Of a DNA stretch of 64,000 nucleotides, positions 30,253-38,760 are shown in pieces. The DNA lies in IMG/VR virus record IMGVR_UViG_3300033182_000980, positions 311,692-375,691 of that record, one strand, 5' to 3'. The first letter of the stretch is position 1; each line of letters starts with the position of its first letter. The notes below the pieces were generated by a model. It ran no database searches. It was not told where the DNA came from and worked only from the letters and a program-made list of their open reading frames with translations. The translations under genes and the position numbers were made by a program.

Positions 30253-30579
30253 CTACTCCGAGAGTTTCATCTTTTGGAAGAACTTTCGAGACTCCTCTAA
30301 GAAGCACGAGATAAGCTCTTTGTTCGTGATTTTGCTATCGTAGATATAGCTATCTGACTTGTACTTGTACTCAAAAAAGATGGTGTTGTCTTTTGATGAG
30401 AGCTGAACGCTGAACAGATCATCTTGTGTATGCGTCCAGACACCATCTCTATGAGATGCCTGGAAGCCACATTCTACTACGAGGATTTTGAAGATGGAGT
30501 CTTTGTTAAAGTCCTCTGTCTGTGATGTGGTGAGATCGGGGCTAACAACCCTCACTCCGTTTTGTTTAACTGTCAGCAT
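30253..30579 (-). CDS. ExGF/IRxxW family protein
   Basis: MLTVKQNGVRV...VVECGF...WTH; start moved to 30579. Confidence 0.65.
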   Translation of the reverse strand: MLTVKQNGVRVVSPDLTTSQTEDFNKDSIFKILVVECGFQASHRDGVWTHTQDDLFSVQLSSKDNTIFFEYKYKSDSYIYDSKITNKELISCFLEESRKFFQKMKLSE

Positions 30580-31369
30580 TGGTTTCACCCCCCATCTTGA
30601 GGTGACCTGTGACAAGATCAATCGCACGGCGGAAGTCATACGCTTGATCCCGCGAAATCTTGACGCTAAAGAGTAGGTCAAGGACTTGACCCTTCCATGC
30701 TAGGGGGTTGTCGCTTGTGAAGTTTACGAAGAGTCTTTGGACTTCTCTTATATGACTCACAGGAGTCAAATCATCCCCTTTGATTGACATATAAGCATCC
30801 ATCAATCGGACGACATACCTTGAGCTGATAGGTGAAGCGACCTTTTCTGATACGCCTTGCTCATCTAAGATTTGCTTGAGGATATTTGAGGTATGGTCTG
30901 TGCAGTTGAGCTTACGGCCAGACTGATAGTAAGCGTTGACTGCCTCGACCTTTTCTTCGTCCGAGATCTTGTCGATCTTACGAGTGTGCTCTTTACGAGA
31001 CTTGGTGTGTTGTTTGCGGGAAGCCTTTAGGGAGTCATTCTGCTTCATGTCAGATGTAGGCAAGCTATCCTCGCCCATAAGAAACTTACTCCACCTTACA
31101 TTTATAGTGGTGGGGCTGACTCCATACTTCATTGCTAGATTATGTACTCCATCTGGTTCATTTCGGGCTTGTTCGACCTCCTCGATAGGGATTGGTACTG
31201 ATAGGTGCTTGTAATTTGCACCTGTGATCTTCGGTGTGGCTTTCCTTAAAGTCTTTACGACCACGACTGGATGCTCGTTGTACCGAGTAGCGATCTGTTC
31301 TGGAGTCTTCCCTTCTTGCATGAGCTTGTGCCACTCGACCCTCATTTCTGGCTTTGCTTTCATGCTCAT
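30566..31369 (-). CDS. Multi-HTH DNA-binding protein
   Basis: PEQIATRYNEHPVVV and NLAMKYGVSPTTI HTH-like motifs. Confidence 0.7.
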   Translation of the reverse strand: MSMKAKPEMRVEWHKLMQEGKTPEQIATRYNEHPVVVVKTLRKATPKITGANYKHLSVPIPIEEVEQARNEPDGVHNLAMKYGVSPTTINVRWSKFLMGEDSLPTSDMKQNDSLKASRKQHTKSRKEHTRKIDKISDEEKVEAVNAYYQSGRKLNCTDHTSNILKQILDEQGVSEKVASPISSRYVVRLMDAYMSIKGDDLTPVSHIREVQRLFVNFTSDNPLAWKGQVLDLLFSVKISRDQAYDFRRAIDLVTGHLKMGGETNADS

Positions 31370-31370
31370 G

Positions 31371-31589
31371 TTAGCCCCACTTGCTCACGAGGTTGTTGAC
31401 CTCTTTCTCGTACTCTTTGAGGGTGTACTTTTTGTGGACACCGAAGTCTCTTGCGAGCTTCATCCACTCGTTGTTGAAAGCCACTGGATCTTTGCCCTCG
31501 GACATGACCTTGTAGAAGGTGCTCCTCACCCTCTCGTTGATGGCGAGAAGCTGTGCCTTCTTGCTTACCTTGTTCTTGATCTTCTTCAT
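31371..31589 (-). CDS. Small basic protein
   Basis: SD; class I motif at 31659 with hairpin. Confidence 0.7.
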   Translation of the reverse strand: MKKIKNKVSKKAQLLAINERVRSTFYKVMSEGKDPVAFNNEWMKLARDFGVHKKYTLKEYEKEVNNLVSKWG

Positions 31590-31665
31590 GGTGAGTTCTC
31601 CTTAGTGGGAGTTAGTTGGGGGGGGGTTGGTCATCAACCCCTTACACTAGGACATAGATAAGGGG

Positions 31666-32082
31666 TTACGACCTCTTAAACTTGACTTGGTAGGTCTGCA
31701 TCGTTTCGAGGTTAGGTACAGCGTAGAACGCTTCCTTGACCTCTTCGGGAGCATCCCGAAACTCGCTCCACCGGATCGTGTAGCTGTGTGCGATGTATTG
31801 GTCGAAGAGATCCTCACCGATAGCGTCCTCGATGTCGTTGATGTCAACCGACTCTAGCTTGGGAGTCGGGGGTTGCTTCTCCACCCTTGTCGTGTACTTA
31901 CCTGATGCAGACTCGATGATGAGATCTTGGTCATCAGCCATTTCGATCAGCTCGGACTTGAAGCTCTTAAGAGACTTGTTGAGCCTGTTCTGTGCCTCCC
32001 ACAGTCGAGAGGCGGCTTCGGTTCGCTGATTGATGTTGAGGGTGGTGTCATTCATTTGGTTCATAAGTGCGTTGAAGTTCAT
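31666..32082 (-). CDS. Hypothetical protein
   Basis: SD; stop codon inside a class I motif. Confidence 0.7.
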   Translation of the reverse strand: MNFNALMNQMNDTTLNINQRTEAASRLWEAQNRLNKSLKSFKSELIEMADDQDLIIESASGKYTTRVEKQPPTPKLESVDINDIEDAIGEDLFDQYIAHSYTIRWSEFRDAPEEVKEAFYAVPNLETMQTYQVKFKRS

Positions 32083-32112
32083 TTCTTTATTCTCCGTTTG
32101 TGAAGTGTGGTT

Positions 32113-32754
32113 TTAGTTGGTGAGGTTAAGTTCGGTTAGGATGTGTGTGGTAGTTTCTCCGTTAAGGCTTTCCCATCGGACTCCCACTTGGTGAAAGCCA
32201 TGACCCTCTAGGTTTGGGTTCTTTTGAGCTCCAGAGATAAGGAAGCCTTTCATGCTTGGGTCTGATTTGAGGGACACCTCTTTGCCTGTCGTAAAGTGAG
32301 GTGCAAGAGCTTCACAGACTCGATAAGTCTCATTTAAGATGTCTCTCTCTCCTGGCTTCGGCAACCGAACCTTAGTTGCAGAGTCTCGAACCATACAGGA
32401 CTTGTGGGTCAAGACATCATAGACGAAGAGTGCTTTACCCGACCCTTGCATTGGCTCTTTGGCGTGAAGGATAAACCCTTCGATACCTCGCTTGTCTTTG
32501 CTTCCCTTAGTGACCTTTACAGGAGTGTTGATAGCGAGACAGTCATACATCATATCCATCTCGGACTTGAGAGCCTTCTCAAAAGCTCTGACTTGAGACT
32601 TAACCAAGTCGCCATTAACTAGCTCTTGGATAAGGTCGGAGTCATGCCCCTCATAAGGATGGTCTGACTTGTACACCCCTTGAGGTAGAGGTTGACCTTT
32701 TAGTGCGAGGTGTACGCTCTTAGCGTACTCTAAGACTTGTTCTGTTGTGTTCAT
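32113..32754 (-). CDS. Hypothetical protein (possible SH3/KOW-like beta domains)
   Basis: SD AAAGGAGA; PVKVTKG..K.G.EG pattern. Confidence 0.7.
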   Translation of the reverse strand: MNTTEQVLEYAKSVHLALKGQPLPQGVYKSDHPYEGHDSDLIQELVNGDLVKSQVRAFEKALKSEMDMMYDCLAINTPVKVTKGSKDKRGIEGFILHAKEPMQGSGKALFVYDVLTHKSCMVRDSATKVRLPKPGERDILNETYRVCEALAPHFTTGKEVSLKSDPSMKGFLISGAQKNPNLEGHGFHQVGVRWESLNGETTTHILTELNLTN

Positions 32755-32779
32755 GTTTGTTCTCCTTTACGAGAGTAAG

Positions 32780-33550
32780 TTAGATATTGTTCATTGCTTT
32801 GTAGGCATCACCGATAACCTTTTTCACCATGCCCCATGAGGGGATATGATAGGCTACCTCACCTTTAAGGATCGGCTCACCCGATACGACACAAGAGGTG
32901 TCAGCTAGAGCCTCTATTTCGGTTGTGTCATGGAGTTTGGCTGACTTGGGTACTTTGACCTTACTTAAGTTGTATCCAGCTTTAGAGGCGATCTCTAGGG
33001 CTTCATTCCTTGCCTCTCTTGCTTCCCTTTTGGCTTGTTGGGCTTCACCCTTAGTCTCACAGCATTGAGCTAAGAGAGGACAGCCTTGACATACAGGGTC
33101 AGATTGAACCACCTTGCCGAAGCATGGAGTGGTAGCGACAAGTCGGATGAGAGTCTCCTCACAGGTGAGGTCATACAGACTTGGTGCGTTTGTGTTTACC
33201 TCGATCTCACCGAACAGATCATCTTCGAGCATCATCATCTCCATTGTGGTTTGTGTAGGTTGAGAAGCAACAGGTGCTTCTGCTTCTGCTTCGCAAACCA
33301 CAGTACCATTCCATCTCCACTCCCAACCTTGGGTGGTCATCTCCCCTGTAGCCTTGAGCGTCTTGACTGCTTGGCTACAGAGGTTATCGAACTTGGGCTG
33401 GCCCGATGGGTAGTAGCCAAAGTCAGCGTGGGTCATACCCATGTGAGTGAGGATTGCTTGTCGAGCTTCTTGGAGTCGGCTCGGCAAGATGCTAGGGAAG
33501 ATCTCCCTCATAGAGTTGAGGATCAGAGTTTTTTGTTCTTGGGTTGTCAT
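32780..33550 (-). CDS. Winged-helix (Mrr-N-like) protein with DLFGE motif and Cys cluster
   Basis: GQPKFDNLCSQAVKTLKATG; CFG...CQGCPLLAQC; start moved to 33550. Confidence 0.7.
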   Translation of the reverse strand: MTTQEQKTLILNSMREIFPSILPSRLQEARQAILTHMGMTHADFGYYPSGQPKFDNLCSQAVKTLKATGEMTTQGWEWRWNGTVVCEAEAEAPVASQPTQTTMEMMMLEDDLFGEIEVNTNAPSLYDLTCEETLIRLVATTPCFGKVVQSDPVCQGCPLLAQCCETKGEAQQAKREAREARNEALEIASKAGYNLSKVKVPKSAKLHDTTEIEALADTSCVVSGEPILKGEVAYHIPSWGMVKKVIGDAYKAMNNI

Positions 33551-33644
33551 AGATTTGTCTCCTTTAGGAGTGAGTAAGTGAGCGATCTCACCTTTCAAGA
33601 GTTAATAGATAAGGGGTTACAGAGTGGTTGTCCACCTACCGACC

Positions 33645-34805
33645 TTAGAGGTCGATAGGGCAAACATCAGAGCTGGCTTGGCTTTGAGCGTCTACCACAT
33701 CGGAGCGTAGGTAGGGGTCGATAGCACCCTCAAGAGCGTCTTGATTGTGCTTCTCGTTGAGATGCCCCTTGATGATCGCAAAGGATCGCTTGAGAGCCTT
33801 CTTAAAGTCGGTGATGCCTAAGTCCTCCATGACTGTAAGGCAAGCATGACCCCATTGCTTTGCTTGGCGTAGAGTGATCTCCATACCCATCGCTTGCTCC
33901 TCTGCTACCTTACGGATAGCTCGGTTGCAGTCCACCAAGAGCTTCACTTGGTCTTGATCAAACTGAGGAAACTCAGCCTGTACGACCATACGCTCAAACT
34001 TAGGTGTAGGAGGTGGAGCGTAGATACCGACACAGCGAGACAGGAGGCTTGAGTCTTTCATTTGGGTGATGTTCCCTCGACCACCATCCCCATCTGCACC
34101 ACTATTGCTCGTAAAGTAGAAGCGAGTGTTAGGCAAGATCTCAAACATCTCACCTGTGATTGGGTTGGTCAGCTTCTCTTTGCCTAGCTCAAGAGCTTGG
34201 CGGAGGATCTCAAGCTGGTCGGGTGTAGCTCTGTCGTAGTCAGAGAAGAGGATGACTGCGGGTACTGTGATTGTAAGCATACCCTTGTCATTGACAACAG
34301 TATAGCCGACTTTCTCCATGCCCTTGATTGCGTCTTGAAGCTGTTGCTCGGTTGCCCCTGTAAAGTCTCGCTTGCACGACACCCCACGACAAGCCTTGAG
34401 CAGATCACCCTCGACCTCTTTAGTCATTGTGCCACCTTTGCCATCACCTACGAGCGTGGTTCGGTAGATCCAGTCCACAGGATTTGTGCCTTGCTTAAAG
34501 GCAAAGCGAGCGAGAGGCAGATTGAAAGCGTGGCAAAACGCCTCGATTAAGATGTCCTTACCTGTACCAGCAGGCCCCGACACGATGAGGTGGTTGATTT
34601 TCAAGAAGAGAGTGCCATCTTGCATCCACCCCTCGCTCGTGTCCTCGACATAGTTGTCGGGACGCTTTGCAGGGTCGAAGCCAGCGTTGATGATCTCTAA
34701 CGCTGTGAGTGGCGACATTGTTCTACGCACACCACAGAAGTAGTTGTAGGCGAGGGTATACAGTTCGGGTCGCTGACGATTTTTTTTCATGTTCATATCG
34801 ACCAT
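33645..34805 (-). CDS. MoxR/CobS-like AAA+ protein with atypical Walker motifs
   Basis: GPAGTGKD (Walker A), VILFSDYDR (Walker B position), FYFTSN sensor, LLSR, ITLRQ. Confidence 0.8.
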   Translation of the reverse strand: MVDMNMKKNRQRPELYTLAYNYFCGVRRTMSPLTALEIINAGFDPAKRPDNYVEDTSEGWMQDGTLFLKINHLIVSGPAGTGKDILIEAFCHAFNLPLARFAFKQGTNPVDWIYRTTLVGDGKGGTMTKEVEGDLLKACRGVSCKRDFTGATEQQLQDAIKGMEKVGYTVVNDKGMLTITVPAVILFSDYDRATPDQLEILRQALELGKEKLTNPITGEMFEILPNTRFYFTSNSGADGDGGRGNITQMKDSSLLSRCVGIYAPPPTPKFERMVVQAEFPQFDQDQVKLLVDCNRAIRKVAEEQAMGMEITLRQAKQWGHACLTVMEDLGITDFKKALKRSFAIIKGHLNEKHNQDALEGAIDPYLRSDVVDAQSQASSDVCPIDL

Positions 34806-35066
34806 AAGGGTTCTCCTTGTCGAAGTAGGTTGCGTTGATGTAGTTCACATAAATAAGGGGTTACAGGTTGGGCGAGTCGCCCGATTAGGTTATACAATCT
34901 CGTGAGAAAATGTTCCCTCACACCATGATATAAATAAGGGGTTACAGCTCATCGAAAAAAGTTTTTTGTCCGATAGTGGTCAGCTCGTCCGTTATATGTG
35001 TGAACCGAATTGTAACCCCTTATCTATACCATCACATCAACCACCCACTCCAACAGGAGAACGCTT

Positions 35067-35261
35067 ATCAAATACCAAGTCATACTGAACAACACCCAAG
35101 TCCTCTCAACACATAAAAATCGCAAGCTCGCTGAGAATGCACTCAGACGATGGATGAAGAAGCATGATGAGGAGCGTCAAGCCCACAACCGAATGATCAG
35201 TTGGGTTGACCCAAAGCTCGTTCGCAATGTGAGTGGGGTCTACCACATCCGAGCAGTGTAA
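35067..35261 (+). CDS. 64-aa ORF starting at ATC (non-canonical start or pseudogene)
   Basis: Class I motif at 35012; SD context AGGAGAACGCTT identical to that of ATG-start genes 41128 and 45430; open to TAA. Confidence 0.5.
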   Translation: MKYQVILNNTQVLSTHKNRKLAENALRRWMKKHDEERQAHNRMISWVDPKLVRNVSGVYHIRAV

Positions 35262-35350
35262 CCCCTTATCTGTAGACTAGTGTCGAGGGCAACTGTTCCT
35301 CACTTTCATATAATACACGAACACCCACTCACTCACCAAAGGAGATCCTT

Positions 35351-36496
35351 ATGGTACTACCACCAAACCATGACCCTACACAATACGCAAAGCGTGATCC
35401 CTTGAGCTTCGCTAAGGGTGCGTTTGAAGCGTTGACCTTAATGCTCAAGGACATCAAGGTCGTCCGACAGGGCGGCACTTTTGCAATCGCATCAGCCTTT
35501 CCTTGGCTCGTCTTTGGGCGAGCTATCCAAGACACAAGAGCGTCTGACTACCACTCGAAAAACGAGTGGCTCAAAGCCATCTACAGGGACGCTCAGTACA
35601 AGTTTCAGTCATCACCCGATACTGCTACTCTGTTTCTTCCAGCTCCATCAGCGGCAGGTGTGACGACAATCAACGCTAGTGCTGGTGTTGGTGGAGGTGT
35701 GCATGAAGCAGGTCATGCGATCTGCGACTGTGCGAACGGACGCTTCCCGACTTATGAGCAGTTTCGAGCTAAGGTCGGCCGCCACTTGGATATGACTATC
35801 CCCTACCACGAGTCAAACTTCCCCAAGTGGGTAAATGTGACTGCTGACATGAGGCTTGAGCCAGGAATGGCTTTGGCTTATCCAGAGGTCGAGCATCGCT
35901 TCCATGCAATCCAAACTTGGTGTCATGGTCTTGAGGCAGAGGGTCGAGGTCAGGAAGTACCTAGCGACTTTCTCATGGCTCTTAGAGATGCTGGTAAGGG
36001 TTGGGTGTCTGACGAGTCAAAGGCTGTCTATGCAGAGTATCAGCAAGACGCTAGAGACTTGGTTGACTACCTCCGACCAATCTGGTCAGAGCTAAAGCCT
36101 CGCAATACAGATTGGGCTGACTCGGCTCACCTCCCTGTCTATGTCGCTGTGGAGATCATCAACGCCTTACATAAGATCTTAAAAGAGCCTCCCCCTCCCC
36201 CTAAGCCAAGGGGGGGCAAGGGCAAGGGCAAGGGTGATCCTCAAGATAAAGGTAAGGGAGATGGGAAAGGTGATCCTCAAGATCAGCAAGACCCACAAGA
36301 TCAACAAGACACGCAACAGTCAGCAGGCAAGTCTCCAATGAGCCTTGAGGACATCAAGCGTCTGCTCGATGGGGAGGGTAAAGCACTTGATCCGAACAGT
36401 GCGATGAAGCAAGAGGTCGAAAAGAACAAGAGGTATCTTGACCACGAGCTGTACATCCCTAACGGAGCAAAGCCAATCTATCGGAAGCTCCTCTAA
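35351..36496 (+). CDS. Zincin-like metallopeptidase domain (CobT N-terminal-like) with low-complexity linker
   Basis: HEAGH followed by NVTADMRLE; Pro/Gly/Lys/Gln linker. Confidence 0.75.
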   Translation: MVLPPNHDPTQYAKRDPLSFAKGAFEALTLMLKDIKVVRQGGTFAIASAFPWLVFGRAIQDTRASDYHSKNEWLKAIYRDAQYKFQSSPDTATLFLPAPSAAGVTTINASAGVGGGVHEAGHAICDCANGRFPTYEQFRAKVGRHLDMTIPYHESNFPKWVNVTADMRLEPGMALAYPEVEHRFHAIQTWCHGLEAEGRGQEVPSDFLMALRDAGKGWVSDESKAVYAEYQQDARDLVDYLRPIWSELKPRNTDWADSAHLPVYVAVEIINALHKILKEPPPPPKPRGGKGKGKGDPQDKGKGDGKGDPQDQQDPQDQQDTQQSAGKSPMSLEDIKRLLDGEGKALDPNSAMKQEVEKNKRYLDHELYIPNGAKPIYRKLL

Positions 36497-36553
36497 CAGA
36501 TCGGGGCTGTTGTAACCCCTTACTTATCCTACTCTTGAAAGGAGACTTATATC

Positions 36554-37366
36554 ATGCCTAATAAGTACGACACACAAGTCTTGTCCTCGATCAATCGGGG
36601 AACAAATAAAGTGAGGCGAGCCTTAGAGGTCGCCAATCAAAAGGTCGGTCAAAACTTTATCGGTGCTCGCTTGAACACTCGAAGCTCGGCTCTCGTGAAT
36701 ACGCTTACTAGCGTTCGCACTGGTCAGATCAATCGTGATCGCTACCATAAGATGTACCAGAAGCCACAAGTGAGAGCGGCGTTCTCGTTCGCTATAGACG
36801 GTAGCGACTCGATGAACTACAACACAGGGTGTCCGAGTGGCACTTACTGGAAAGAGTGTATCAGTCTCATACATGGGCTTCATACAGCTTGCCAAGGGAT
36901 CGGGGTTGACTCAACCTCTGCGTTGGTCATGTACACCTATGGTGATCGTGATGTGCCTATGGCAAGCTCTAGCTATAAGCCTGTGGCTAACATGATCAAA
37001 GGTCTTGGTGATAAATGGCAACGAGATAATCCCGATAAGCTACGCAAGAAGCGTTGCAATGGAGGAACATCAATCATCTGTTATGCCGAGACCGCACTAG
37101 ACATGGTATCTCAATCTGACGCTACCCATAAGATCGCCTTCTTCCTTACCGATGGTGAGGACTATGAAAAGGCTTACCTAGAGAGCATGAGACAGCAAGC
37201 TCAAGCTCAAGGCATCAAGCTAGTAGGGATCGGGCTAGGTGTGAGTGGTGATCGACTCCCTAATGGCATTAGTGGTGCTAATGCTCTTGAGATCGCACCT
37301 CGAATGATGGATCACCTAGAGAAAATCATCAAGTCCTCAACAGGTGTAGAGGCAAACGACAAATAA
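36554..37366 (+). CDS. von Willebrand factor A domain protein (CobT C-terminal-like)
   Basis: MIDAS DGSDS, GGT, FLTDGE, VGIGLG. Confidence 0.85.
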   Translation: MPNKYDTQVLSSINRGTNKVRRALEVANQKVGQNFIGARLNTRSSALVNTLTSVRTGQINRDRYHKMYQKPQVRAAFSFAIDGSDSMNYNTGCPSGTYWKECISLIHGLHTACQGIGVDSTSALVMYTYGDRDVPMASSSYKPVANMIKGLGDKWQRDNPDKLRKKRCNGGTSIICYAETALDMVSQSDATHKIAFFLTDGEDYEKAYLESMRQQAQAQGIKLVGIGLGVSGDRLPNGISGANALEIAPRMMDHLEKIIKSSTGVEANDK

Positions 37367-37430
37367 TCATATAACCCAAAGACCAACCAAACCCAGCCCA
37401 CATGGGCCTCAACACAGGAGAACAAAGCCA

Positions 37431-37775
37431 ATGGCTAACATCCGAACCCTCATCAAGTCATCCCTCCAATCAGACAGCTCCGGTATGCGTGTTGCTGACA
37501 TCGCTGACTCCATCGGGGTGTCCTACTCCTCTACCTATCAGACCATCAAGAACATGGAGTCTGACGGTGAGGTCAATAAGATCGCTCGTGGGGTCTATGC
37601 CCTTGCGTACATCCCTAACTTCAGCACCGCCGAGTGCATCTCCCTCCTCCAGTCTTTGGAGAGCCAAGAGATCGCTGTTGAGATCGCTCGTGAAGAGCTT
37701 GATCGAGCAGAGGCACAGCTTCAAGCTGTCAAGCGTACCATCAAGTCAACCATGATGTCAGCGTTCGAGGACTAG
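37431..37775 (+). CDS. Winged HTH + coiled-coil protein
   Basis: MRVADIADSIGVSYSSTYQTIKNMESDGEVNKIARGVY. Confidence 0.8.
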   Translation: MANIRTLIKSSLQSDSSGMRVADIADSIGVSYSSTYQTIKNMESDGEVNKIARGVYALAYIPNFSTAECISLLQSLESQEIAVEIAREELDRAEAQLQAVKRTIKSTMMSAFED

Positions 37776-37803
37776 CCGACCTCTGCCCTTAGTGGCATTC
37801 GAT

Positions 37804-37919
37804 AGACGCAGACGCTGGTGTCTCACATCTAGGCTTTGTCCATGAGCTGAACGAACAACACTTTTTGAAGGTAGGTGCTGTTCCCGATGTGATGGGAGGT
37901 TCGACTCCTCTATGTGTCT
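37804..37919 (+). ncRNA. tRNA-like RNA 1 (acceptor, D-like and T arms; expanded anticodon region)
   Basis: AGACGCA/TGTGTCT acceptor stem; GAC-GCTGGT-GTC; GGAGG-TTCGACT-CCTCT T arm. Confidence 0.65.
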
Positions 37920-37945
37920 TTAGGAGATTTAGTCTTGTATCTCCG

Positions 37946-38100
37946 AGCCTTAGACGGTTGGTGTCGCACATACAGGTTTTAGTGTATTGTCCTGTAGCTC
38001 TAATCTGATCGCTGTGGGTGGCGATCTCACTCGTACTTTTGGGAAGGGGTACAGAGTAAAGATTGAGCAGTGTCGGAGGGTTCGACTCCCTCGTAAGGCT
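37946..38100 (+). ncRNA. tRNA-like RNA 2 (paralog of RNA 1)
   Basis: AGCCTTA/TAAGGCT acceptor stem; GAC-GGTTGGT-GTC; GAGGG-TTCGACT-CCCTC T arm. Confidence 0.65.
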
Positions 38101-38212
38101 TTACGATTAGATTTCTAGCCTGTGGGCGAGGGGCTGATCTGTAACCCCTTATTTATAGTCTAGTGTAAGGGTTGATTGACAGCCCACTAACCCACTCCCA
38201 AAGGAGAAACAA

Positions 38213-38290
38213 ATGGTACAGCTCTTTATCTTCCTCCCTGTCCTCTTCCTCGCCTACGCCATGCTCTGTGATTGGGTTGTTGGCGAGTAA
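38213..38290 (+). CDS. 25-aa single-TM peptide (not in the ORF track)
   Basis: MVQLFIFLPVLFLAYAMLCDWVVGE with its own class I motif (38141), hairpin and SD. Confidence 0.6.
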   Translation: MVQLFIFLPVLFLAYAMLCDWVVGE

Positions 38291-38306
38291 AGTAAAGTCG
38301 GGGTTC

Positions 38307-38746
38307 TGTAACCCCTTATCTATTACCTAACATGAGGAACGATCCTCACAACCACTCACTCTCATAGGAGAACAAGACATGATCGACTTAACCAACTACC
38401 CAATGCTCAACGCTCGTCAGCACACCCCCTTCTTCGCAGACCTCACCTCAGAGGATCGTGTGATGAATGTCAACGGTAGCCCCATGTCTCATGGGGTGTG
38501 GAACATGATCGTCAGCCACCGAGATCTCAAGCTGTGGTGTCGGCTCGGAATGAAACCCCATCGTGGGTGGAAGGTGAGCCAGGCGAAGGCTTACTTCGGC
38601 ATCAAGGGCAACAAGGACAAGCTCTTGAAAGAGTTTGAGGCTCTTAAGGCAGAGGTAGACGAGATCCTTTTAGGGCGATAATGATCGGGGTTGTAACCCC
38701 TTATCTATAACCTAACATGAGGAACGATCCTCACAACCACTCACTC
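38307..38746 (+). repeat. 55-bp direct repeat (38307-38361 and 38692-38746) flanking one gene
   Basis: One mismatch; each copy contains the class I motif and a TGAGGA/TCCTCA hairpin. Confidence 0.9.
38379..38681 (+). CDS. Hypothetical protein
   Basis: G.KPHRGWKVS..K.YFG.KG phage ORF pattern; SD. Confidence 0.8.
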   Translation: MIDLTNYPMLNARQHTPFFADLTSEDRVMNVNGSPMSHGVWNMIVSHRDLKLWCRLGMKPHRGWKVSQAKAYFGIKGNKDKLLKEFEALKAEVDEILLGR

Positions 38747-38760
38747 CCAAAGGAGACAAC

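Noticed and set aside
36554-37366. vWA gene as Ro60/TROVE partner of Y RNAs
   Set aside because: At 270 aa it lacks the HEAT-repeat ring, and its context fits a CobT-like partner of the AAA protein.
37804-38100. Ordinary tRNA genes or tmRNA
   Set aside because: No 7-nt anticodon loop, lengths of 116 and 155 nt, no CCA and no room for a tag ORF; reported as tRNA-like instead. The minus-strand ORF 37789..37971 is probably spurious.
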